Source: Heptranchias perlo (Eukaryota). From it: a stretch of DNA of 64,000 nt. This document shows, one piece after another, positions 1-10,898 of this stretch. Below the pieces are notes generated by a model that saw only the letters and a list, made by a program, of their open reading frames with translations, had not been told where the DNA came from and searched no databases. Each line of letters begins with the position of its first letter. Within the stretch, counting starts at the first letter, position 1. The position numbers were made by a program, and so were the translations under genes. The stretch is taken from contig NC_090344.1 of NCBI RefSeq assembly GCF_035084215.1, positions 43,276,001-43,340,000 on the forward strand, given 5' to 3'.

Positions 1-444
1 AGCCATCATCTTGTCTGTTACACATCTTCTGAACCCTCTGGTAAATCATCTGTCACAGCCTTGACTGGAAGTGAGACCACACACTTTTAAACCAGCTGTC
101 AGGTGGACTCCCACCAAAGCTATGTTGATGGCTATTTTGTTTCTTCCCAAATCACTTTATCTGGGGCAGTAGATGACTCATCTCTATTTTCAACTAACTT
201 GGAGGCTGTCTCTCTCTCGAGCACTGCCCTCTTTGCTATCCTACCTCCTTCATATCAATGATCTTCTCTCATCAAACCTGTTTCACTCTCGGTGATTCCA
301 CTCCAGATTCATCCAACTTGTTTCAATTTGTACACCCTCAGTGCATACAATCTCCAGTCATAACAGTGCTATGGCTGAATTGACTTTATCTCATCCACGC
401 CTTTCAAAGAGGCAACAAAAATCTTGGTTATCTTCAAAAACAAT

Positions 445-685
445 TTACCCAGAGAGTGGTAAGAATGTGGAACCCGCTACCACAAGGAGTAGTTGAGGCG
501 ACTAGCATAGATGCATTTATGGAGAAGCTGGATAAGCACACGAGGGAGAAAGGAATAGAAGGATATGCTGATAGGGTTAGATGAAGTAGGGAGGGAGGAG
601 GCTCGTGTGGAGTATAAACACCAGCATAGACCAGTTGGGCTGAATGGCCTTTTTCTGTCCTGTAGCCTCGACGTAACTATGTAAT
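445..685 (+). mobile_element. CR1 3' end fragment
   Basis: agagtggtaagaatgtggaa...gggctgaatggcct tail motif. Confidence 0.75.
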
Positions 686-1924
686 TACTTCAAGTCTCAT
701 AAGTCTAACCAACATAGAGAACCTCGTGCCTTTGGCTCTGCCCGTAATCCTTTATCTGTTGACTTCTTGGCCTCACCACTGCTGCTGACTTCAATTGCTA
801 AGACCTTTAGAATAAATTGCTTGCGTATCCAGTTTGGATTTGCTACAGGCATTCAAAAGGGAGCTGGATGAGTTCCTGAGAGAAGCTAACATATCTACAG
901 ATAGAAGATTGGTGAGTCACTGAGGGTTATGTTACCCAGTCAATGGAGTTTGCCTGATCGCCTTCAGGGGTCGGAGAGGAACTTCCCAGAGTTTTTTCCT
1001 CAATTGGGCTATAGTTTTTCTTTGTTTTTTTAATTTATCAGAAAATTGCTTAGTTGTGCGGCGCACTACGCATGCGTTTGGGAAATAGGGGGGTAAGGGG
1101 GGGGGAAGATGGTGAATAGAAGTTACACCATGCCAGAATGGACCAGCTGGTCTTTACTTGTCCTTTTCCATATGCCTGCCTTGATGAAGCCCTATTTTCC
1201 TCTTTTGTACCTAACGCTTTTTCGCCTCAACAACTCTTACCCCTCTATAAAACCCAAGTTTGTCCCAAGACTTGACCATCACCTCAAATGCAGGTAGCTC
1301 ATCCAATGCTTTGCTTGTACTTCTGAACAGAATACAAGAAAAAGCTTGTCTATGATGTTGTGAATCCTCTTGCCTGTAACATGTCTTTCTGTCACAAACT
1401 TTCTAGATTCTCTTATTGTATCAATACTATGATCCATGCTCGTATGAACTCACCTGTTTTGTCCCTTCTAAGCTCCAAATACACTCTCCTAGGTATTCTT
1501 CTTCCTCTTTGTACTTACGGTGTTAAAAATCAAGTGTTATCACAAAGTCTCCCACACTAATATGTTCTTTCCAGAATCTCAAAACGATGGAGCTCCTTAC
1601 CTCCCACCATTCTTTTCTCATACACTTCTTCAAAACCCCAAGACTGGTGTGTTCGAAACACAATGAATCAGGACACTGCCTTAATTTATTCCTCTCATCT
1701 TGGAGGTTTCCTGTATTATATGTTTTGGTCCCTCAATCTTAAAAAATGCACTGGATTTAAATTGCAATCATCCTGGATTCTGGCAGCAAACTATACAAAT
1801 ACTCTAGGAACAACAATAGCTGTCAGGTAGTCTGTAAGAATCTGTGGCCTGGATAGTATCAGGATCATTTAATATTGCTAAACAGGTGTGTGATGAAATC
1901 AACAGAATGTCTTGTAAAATAAAG

Positions 1925-2278
1925 AAAGAACTTGCATTTTTATGCCTTTCATGACCTCAACACATCATGCTATTACAATGTCAGGAAAGATGGCAAGGTC
2001 CCACAAACAGCAATTATAAAAATGACCAGATAATCTGTTTTAGTGATGTTGGTTCAGGGATAAATATTGGCTAAGACACTGGGAGAACATGGAATTTTTT
2101 TTGAAGTCCACCGGAGAAAGCAGATGGGGCCTCAGTTTAATGTCTCATCCGAAAGACAGTAACAATGCCTCAGTACTGCACTGGTGTCAGCCTACATTAT
2201 GTGGGAGGAGTGGGATTTGAACCCACAACCTTCTGACTCAGAGGTGAGAATGCTACCACTAAGCCAAGGCCGACACCT
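1925..2278 (-). mobile_element. DeuSINE copy, decayed
   Basis: Same family as 51702-52145. Confidence 0.72.
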
Positions 2279-3189
2279 TCTGCTAAAGCTGCCATATTTT
2301 GCCAAATGCAGAACTGGACAGGGGCTTCAATCATGGTTTGAATTTTAATGTTTGTTTTACTGTTGATAAAAATCCATTGAAAACTTTACCCTCAATAATG
2401 AATATCTCCACAACACAAGACATATACTCCAGCAGATCAAATGTGAGCACACTTAGTATCCCAATTAAATCTTACTGTTCCAGAGAGTAGACTCAAAAAC
2501 TGAACGATCAGGTTAAAATTTAGGCAGGTAGCAACCCCATGTAACAGCAGCAGCTTGCATTAAGTGCCTTTAATGTAAAAAAATCATCCCCACCGTGCTT
2601 TACAAATGCAAAAAGACATTACAAACAATTTATAGTAATAAACCAAGGAAACAATTTCTTCTGATTGTACCTGAAGCCAGTTGGATTTTGATTTTTTTTT
2701 CAAAATTCTCTCCCCAGCCTGCTTCCCTCGCTGAGGCTGTCCCAGCCTACATTTACATTCAGCCCAATATAGCAAAGTAACATGTTGAAAGATCTGGCCA
2801 TGAGAAATTTTTACTCCAAAATCCCAGAGTATTTTCATACAGGTACAAGCTATGCCTTCCTTACACTCCTTCTCCAGAGTTGGCTGACAAAAGCAAATGT
2901 CCCTTTCTATCTCCCTCTAATGTACATTTTTAATAAGATTTTCTCAAACTGACCATTCTTCTTTGTGGTCTGACTGCTACCACCTTCAGTTTCCCTCCTT
3001 CGGGTTTTTGCTTTCCTTCAAATTTCTAATCTTCTTTCGACTCATATTTTGGGTTTTCTGATATACTTGTGTATTGTTTTTAATTTATCTATTCAAATTG
3101 TTTCTACCCCTAGTGAGAGCTCTGTAACTAGCAGTATTCCTCCCTAGTGTCATACGCTATCCAGGTAGCAGCAGTTCGAACAATTGTGA

Positions 3190-3342
3190 GCCATAGAAAA
3201 GATACAGCACAGAAGGGGGCCATTCGGCCCATCGTGTCCGCGCCGGCTCGAAGAACAACCAGGTGCCCATTCTAATCCCACCTTCCAGCACCAGGTCCGT
3301 AGCCCTGCAGTTTACAGCACTTTAGGTGCAGGTCCAGGTACC
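3190..3342 (-). mobile_element. Short 3'-end copy of the same CR1 subfamily as 29300-31880
   Basis: Nearly identical to 29307-29457. Confidence 0.85.
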
Positions 3343-3579
3343 TGGCAACTCCATTTCATTTTGCATGTTTATTTCCCATTCATGTTTGTCCTGTTTCTAT
3401 TTTAGGGGCCTGGAAGTTTGGAAAGTATTGTTCTTAGCGCTGTTGCATTATTGATGCTGAAATCCTAAATTGAAACAGGAAGACCTATTTAGGATCTGCA
3501 GCTCACTAAACGCGTCCTTTAACTTTATATGTGGTCCGAGAGACTCCAAGTGGTTCAAGAAGATAAATAAAAGGTTTGG

Positions 3580-4100
3580 CCATTCCCGCAGGCTGCCTGT
3601 CCCGCTCTGGGTGCGCGGTGCATTCCAGCGCGGAATGACTGCGCGCGGCCCGCGGGTCACCGCGCGCTCACACCAACTTATCGGCTTACTGTCAACACAC
3701 AATTTCCGGCCGTTACTCAGTATCAGTGCCCGCAATTTTCCGCCGGTGCACACCCGCTAGTTTCAAATAAGAAACGACGGGAGAGAGAGAGAGGCCTAGT
3801 TCTCTTCACCCGCCCAAATCTGAAACTACACGCCCAGATCGAACGGGTCCTATCACTAACCTGGGGCCTGGAATGGCGGTTAGCCGATGCCACTAGTTCA
3901 TTAATTCCACAGGCCCTTCCTCCCCGGACTCGCAGATCGCTCCGGTCCCGATTTCTTCGGTTTTTATCGCTTTGCGACGTCCGTTATTTTCATCGAAATT
4001 CAAAATTTCCCGCGGCTCGACTGTACGCATGCGTGGCTAACCGAGGGCGCGCGCACGCGCAATGCTTAAAGGGCCACATTTGGAGCGGACAGCCGTCGGT
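3580..4100 (-). promoter_or_regulatory. CpG-island promoter and probable first exon (~3990 to 3861) of a minus-strand gene running off the left edge; cell-cycle type
   Basis: High CpG density. The minus strand reads GCGGGAAA-T-TTTGAA (E2F/CDE-like site 4013-4006, CHR 4004-3999). NRF1-like ACGCATGCGT at 4025-4034 and GCGCGCACGCGCA at 4049-4061. Donor CAG|GTTAGT at 3861/3860. Confidence 0.65.
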
Positions 4101-4284
4101 TGGATTGTGGAAATGTGTGAAATAATGAAGAACTGTTTTTCACACCCAAGTGTGTTTTCACAAAAGTCAGCAGGAGTCTGTCACGCATAGAAACTCATCA
4201 CTGAGTCTGCAAGGTAACTATGAACGAGGAAGGTCATTCAGCCCATCTTAATTAATCCATCTAGAAAGATCGCACAGCCCACAC

Positions 4285-5550
4285 ATAGAATCATAGAAAG
4301 GTTACAGCACGGAAGGAGGCTATTTGGCCCATCGAGTCTGCGCCAGCTCTATGCACGAGCAATCCAGTTCGTCCCACTCCCCTACCCTATCCCCGCAGCC
4401 CTACACATTTTTTGGTTTAAGTACTTATCCAGTTTCCTTTTGAAGGCCATGATTGAATCTGCCTCCACCACCCCACCCCACCCCTGGCAGTGCATTCCAG
4501 ATCCCAACCACTCGTTGTGTTTAAAAAAAAGTTTTTCCTCATGTCACATTTGGTTCTTTTGCCAGTCACCTTAAGTCTATGCCCTCTGGTTCTTGACCCT
4601 TCTGCCAATGATAATAGTTTCTCTCTATCTACTCTGTCAGACCCTTCATGATTCTAAATACCTCTATCAAATCTCCTCGCAACCTTCTCTGTCCAAAGGA
4701 GAACAACCCCAGCTTCTCCAGTCTATCCATGCAACTGAAGTCCCTCATCCCAGGAATCATTCCAGCAAATCTCCTCTGCATTCTCTCTGAGGCCTTCACA
4801 TCCTTCCTAAAGTGCAGTGCCCAGAACTGTTGTGGTCGAACCAGTGTTTTATAAGGGTTCATCGTGACTTCCTTGCTTTTGTACTCTGTGCCTCTATTTC
4901 TAAAGCCCAGGACCCCGTATGCTTTTTTAATGGCTTTCTCAACCTGCCCTGCCACCTTCAATGATCTGTTCACATATACCCCAGATCCCTCTGTTCCTCT
5001 ACCCCTTTTAGAATTGTGCCCTCTAGTTTATATTGCCTCTTCTCATTTTTCCTACCAAAATGCATCACCTCGCATTTTTCTGCGTTAAACTTCATCTGCC
5101 ACGTGCCTGCCCATGCCACCAGCATGTCTATATCCTCTTGAAGTCAATCACTATCCTTCTCACTGTTCACTACCCTTCCAAGTTTTGTGTCGTCTGTAAA
5201 TTTTGAAATTGTGCCCTGTATTCCCAAGTCCAAGTCATTAATGTATATTAAGAAAAGCAGTGGTCCCAGCACCAACCCCTGGGGAACGCCACTGCACACC
5301 TCCCTCCAGTCTGAAAAACAACCGCTCACCACTATTCTCTGTTTCCTGTCATTTAGCCATTTAGTCCATGTTACTATTGCCCCCTTTATTCCATGGGGCC
5401 CACAATCTTAATAGCAAGCCTACCATATGGCACTTTATCAAATGCTTTTTGAAAATCTATATACACCACATCAACTGCATTGCTATCATCTACCCTATCT
5501 GTTACCTCATCAAAAAAACTCTAGTTGGTTAAACACGATTTGCCTTTAAC
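4285..5550 (-). mobile_element. CR1 LINE 3' portion
   Basis: [39 protein letters not shown]; 3' tail at ~4285. Confidence 0.9.
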
Positions 5551-5811
5551 ATTACAGCATCCAATTGTTTATTAAATGATTCCAGGGTTTTCACCTCCAC
5601 TGGTCAGTCTGTGAATCCACTCCATGTGATGATAACTGTGTGTGTGAAGAAGAATGTCCTGACATCAGTCCTAAATTTCCTTACACTAATTTGAAAGTGT
5701 CCCATAGTTCTACCCCCACAATTGAATCTATGGTAATATACCAGATTTAGCTTTTTTCATTCCATTTATTTTTTTTACCTCTCAGATGCCTTCTTTTAAA
5801 GCTGAAAAGCC

Positions 5812-6940
5812 CACTTATAAGATAGACAAGGGTGTGTCTATGGATGCTGTCTATATGGACTTCCAGAAGGTTCACACGATATTATTAGCAAAATTGAGAG
5901 TGCACATAATTGGAGGTAGCCTTTTAATGTGGGTTGGACATTGGATGATAGGTAGGAGACAAAGAGTGGGGAAAAAGGGCCTGATTGGTGGGATGTGACA
6001 AGTGGTGTTCCCCCAAGGATCTGTTCTGGGGCCTCAAATTTTCAACCTTATTTATGAATGACTTGGATGAAGGAATAGAGTTGTATATCAAGTTTTGCAG
6101 ATGACACTAAGTTAGGAGGGACAGGAAGTCGTGCAGCAGGGAGCAGAGACTTGCAAAGGGACATAGATTGAGTGGGCAAAACTATGGCAAATTGAGTTCA
6201 ATGTGACCAAGTGTGAGGTCATCCATTTTGGATCACAGAAAGTCAAATCGGAATATTTTCTAAATAGAGGCTGTAGAGGAGCAAAGATTTGGGAGTCCAT
6301 GTACACAAATCATTAAAAGCCAATAGACAGGTACAAAAAAGGGTAATGGAATGTTGGTCTTTATCTCTGGAGGGCTAGAATACAAAAGGGAGGAAGTTAT
6401 GCTTCAGCTGTACAGAGCCTTGGTCAGTTCCCATCTGGAGTACTGCAGGACGGATATATTGGCCTTGGAGGAGGTGCAGTAAAGATTCACCAGAATTATA
6501 CGAGTGGTTAGAAGGTTAAATTATGAGGATAGGTTGGATAAACTTAGCTTGTATTCTCTTGAGTATAGCAGATTGAGGGATGATCTGATTGAGGTGTTTA
6601 AAATGTTAATAGAATTTGATCGGGTAGATACGGAAAAACTATTTCCTCTGATGGGGGAAATCAAGAACAAGGGGACATAATCTTAAAATTAGAGCTAGAC
6701 CATTCAGGAGCAAAATCAGGAAACACTTTTTCACAAAAAGGATAGTAGAAATTTGGAACTCTTCCCCAAAAGGCTGTGGATGCTGGGACAATTGGAACTA
6801 TCAAGACTGAGAACGAGATATTTTTGTATCAAGGGATATGGAGCAATGGTGGGAAAGTGGAGTTTAGGTACAGATCAGCTATAATCTAATTGAATGGTGG
6901 AGCAGGCCCAGGGGACTGAATGGCTTACTAATGTTCCTAA
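5812..6940 (+). mobile_element. CR1 LINE 3' portion, decayed
   Basis: VYMDFQK, GVPQG-like and FADDTK remnants, CR1 3' UTR. Confidence 0.85.
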
Positions 6941-8989
6941 GTTTTTCCGGTCTTTCCTTATAAATCGGACCCTTGACACTATTAATCAGTCAGCGGCTCT
7001 TCTCCGCACTGACTCCAGTGCCTGAGTGTTTCCCTTGTTTCTCAGTGACCAGAATTGGACATAGTACTGAAAGTGCAGTCTGACAACAGCACTTTATCGT
7101 TTGATCATAACTTCTTCAAGTAATGTCATGGCATCTTTAACATCCATCTTAATTACCAGAACAGGCAAACAGGACCTTAGTTAACGTTGCATCCTAATGG
7201 TGCCTCAGTATTTTAATGCAATATCAGTCTAGATTCACTCGCATCCACAAACTGCACTACATCAATGCCACTCTGAAATTTCTACAAGAATTCATATAAA
7301 TCCTTTATCTTTTTTCTTTCTTGTGCAGTAAGTTTGAATTGAAGACATGATCTCTCTTGGTATCATTTCAACTGTAGCTAGTTTGGCAAGTGAAATGAAA
7401 ACTAGAAATGAAAATGTACGTAACTCCACAATAGCAAGTCCCGTTGCTTATTCCTTTTAGTGAACTTCTGTAGTTATTACCCAGGGATGTTAGTGCTGGA
7501 AATGGATCGATTTCTACTTTGGTTACCTTTTATCAGCAATAGGCTTAGGCTTAGGTACAGCATAAGTTGGATGCAAGCTGAAACTTCATCTAGACTGGTC
7601 CTGTAAGACCAAGCCCAAACTCAGAGAAGTACCCTACTCCAGTGGTGTAACTTTGTCCATTTTCCACAATTGATAGCCCAAAGGAGTGAGATTGCTGGAT
7701 TTAGTGCAGACTGGTACTGTTTTATGCTGTGAACTTACAATCACTGGGAATAGTGCTGAGACTGCAGAGAGACTTTCATTCCATCAGTCTGAGCTCAAAC
7801 TGAGTTCCCAGAGGACAGGGCATTATGCTAACCCACTGAGCCATCAACACTCCCATTTCATTTAATTAAAAAAATAAAATTAAAAACGATGTAAAATTCC
7901 ATGGAGAGTGCACACCCTTGGATTTACTGTGGAATCTCATCTGTCCTGTAAAATAAATGCATGGAGCTACAAGTTAGCAACATGCCTTTGATACTGAAGT
8001 GTGCTGAGTGCTGCAGTGCACAAGATGCTAATGTGACCACCATCCAGAGGTGATGGGTGCACAGTTTACTTACCCACACTGCAGTATTTGAATTATACCT
8101 GCACCCATTGGTGGTGAATTGTGCCATTTGGTACACAGGCTCTCCATGTGATACAGAACTTGGCATTGTTCACTGGGACCTCTGCATACAGGGAGTAGCA
8201 CCATAGGAACTGGAGTCTGTGGACACCGGTAACAATATTATCATTTAAGTTTATAAGTTTTCTTTGTATTTATGGTTAAGTTCTTTATTAGTTGCACCCC
8301 TTTAAAAGGGGGACACTTTTTTTTGGATTTTGGTTGATGACACTGGGGCGACCCAGTGTCTCCTTCATGGTTATTTTAAAAAAGGCATACAGGGAGTGTC
8401 ACATAAAAAGTATGTGTGTATCAGAGCAGAAACTGTCAGAGGGTGAACGGACACAGAATGAGTGGTTGCTGTGTGAGGAGCGGAAAGGTGTTGACAGGGT
8501 GGCTGTTTGGCCTGTTGTTTTCTGTTGGCATTAGAGAGAAAATCAAGTGCTGCCTGCAGTAGCAAAGGAAGAGACAAAATGCAGCTGCATACGGAGCTGT
8601 GAATGTGACATCATAATCCCATGTAGCGAGGGGGTGGGGGGGGGGGAGCAAGGAAGGATGTGAAGGTTCCATTTGTGGCAAACATCTTGGGGACAGGTTG
8701 CGTCTAAAGAATTCTGCTCCTGAAACTTGTTCATTTATGCAAACACTGAAGGAGATATGATAACTGGTTTGTAAAATATTTACTTTTTTTAATATATATG
8801 TATATATGTGTGTGTGTGTAGGTTGAAACAATTGTAGCTAAATATAACATATCTTAGATTTTTTTTTGTTAGGTAACATTGCATGAGCTGGTCAGCTGCA
8901 AGAAATTTGCCTTTAATTTGTGTGACACTGCCAAAGTGTGCCATGATGGACCGGAATTGCATATGTACCATTTATATATACATACTAGT

Positions 8990-10696
8990 AGATCTCTCAA
9001 AGCATTAAAAAGGAAATTAGGAAAGCAAAGAGAGGGCATGAAAAAATACTGGCAAGCAAAATTAAGGAAAGTCCCAAAATGTTTTATAAATACATAAAAA
9101 GCAAGATGATAACTAAGGAAAGAGTAGGTCCTATTAGAGACCAAAAAGGTAACCTCTGTGCAAAGGTGGAAGATGTGGGTATAGTTCTTAATGAATACTT
9201 TGTGTGTCTGTCTTCGCAAAAGAGGGGAACGATGCAGAGTCTGTAGTTAAGGAGGAGGAATGTGAAATATTGGATGGGATAAACATAGTAAGAGAGGTAT
9301 TAAGGGGTTTAGCATCTTTGAAAGTAGATAAATCACCAGGCCTGGATGAAATGTATCCCAGGCTATCAAGAGAAGCAAGGGAGGACACGGTGGAGGCTCT
9401 GACCATCATTTTTTGATCCTCCCTGGCTGCAGGTATGGTGCCGGAGGATTAGAAGACTGCTAACGTTGTACCATTGTTTAAAAAGAGAGAAAGAGATAGA
9501 CCGAGTAATTACAGGCCGATTGGTCTAACCTCGGTGGTGGGCAAATTATTGGAATCAATTCTGAGACCGAGCATAAATCGTCATTTAGAAAGGCACGGGT
9601 TAATCAAGGACAATCAGTATGGATTTGTCAAGGGAAGGTCGTGTCTGACCACCTTGATTGAATTTTTTGAGGAGGTAACAAGGAGGGCCGATGAGGGTAA
9701 TGCGTTTGATGTAGTGTACATGGATCTTAGCAAGACTTTTGACAAAAAAGTCTGACTGTCATGGGATCCAAGGGAAAATGGCAAGTTGGATCCAAAATTG
9801 TCTCAGTGGCAGGAAGCAAGGGTAATGGTTGACAGGTGTTCTTGTGACTGGAAGGCTGTTTCGAGTGGGGTTCCGTAAGGCTCAGCACTAAGTCCCTTGC
9901 TTTTTGTGGTATATATTAATGATTTGGACTTGAATGTGGGGGGCTTGATCGAGAAGTTTGCAGATGATACAAAAATTGGCCGTGTGGTTGACAGTGAGGA
10001 GGAAAGCTGTAGACTGCAGGAAGATATCAATGGACTGGTCAGGTGGGCAGAAAAGTGGCAAATGGAATTCAATCCAGAGAAGTGTGAGGTGATGCATTTG
10101 GGGAAGGCAAACAAGGTAAGGGAATACACAATAAATGGGAGGATACTGAGAGGTGTAGAGGAACAAAGGGACCTTCGCATGCATGTCCACAGACACCTGA
10201 AGGTAGCAGGACAGGTAGATAAGGTGATTAAAAAGGCATACAGGATACTTTCCTTTATTTGCTGAGGCATAGAATATAAGAGCAGGGAGGTTATGCCAAA
10301 GCTGTATAAAACATTGGTTATGCCACAGCTTGAGTACTGCATACAGTGATTGCACTAGAGAGGGTAGAGGAGATTTACGAGGATGTTGCCGGGGCTGGAG
10401 AATTTTAGCTATGAGAAAAGATTGGATAGGCTGGGGTTGTTTTCTTCAGAACAAAGGAGGCAGAGGGGAGATTTAATTGAGGTATATAAAATTATGACGG
10501 GATGAGATAGAATGGATAGGGAGGACCTATTTCCCTTAGCAGAGGGGGCAGTGACCAGATTTAAAGTAATTGGTAGAAGGATTAGAGGGGAGCTGAGGAG
10601 AAATTTTTTCACCCAGAGGGTGGGGGTCTGGAACTCTCTGCCTGAAAGGATGGTAGAGGCAGAAACCCTCAACTCATTTTAAAAAGTGCTTGGATG
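8990..10696 (+). mobile_element. CR1 LINE, 5'-truncated and decayed; its 3' tail resumes at 12382-12518 after a nested insertion
   Basis: ORF2 fragments [36 protein letters not shown]; tail split at ttggat|gtgcacttgaag. Confidence 0.9.
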
Positions 10697-10794
10697 CCCC
10701 TATTCAAGAAGTGGAGATGCCGGTGATGGACTGGGGTTGACAATTGTAAACAATTTTACAACACCAAGTTATAGTCCAGCAATTTTATTTTAAA

Positions 10795-10833
10795 TTCACA
10801 AGCTTTCGGAGGCTTCCCCCTTCGTCAGGTGAA
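10795..10833 (-). ncRNA. Minimal type-I hammerhead ribozyme motif (mirror copy)
   Basis: Exact reverse complement of 10860-10898 in the other arm of the palindrome. Confidence 0.7.
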
Positions 10834-10859
10834 CGATGTGAAATGATCATTTCACATCG

Positions 10860-10898
10860 TTCACCTGACGAAGGGGGAAGCCTCCGAAAGCTTGTGAA
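10860..10898 (+). ncRNA. Minimal type-I hammerhead ribozyme motif
   Basis: Stem I ttcac/gtgaa; core CTGACGA; extra A; stem II ggggg-aag-cctcc; GAAA; palindromic AGCT in place of stem III; predicted cleavage after CUU (10893). Confidence 0.72.

Noticed and set aside
3448-3760. Overlapping ~100-aa ORFs in the CpG island
   Set aside because: GC-rich sequence is depleted of stop codons, there is no recognisable protein, and the region lies in the presumed first intron.
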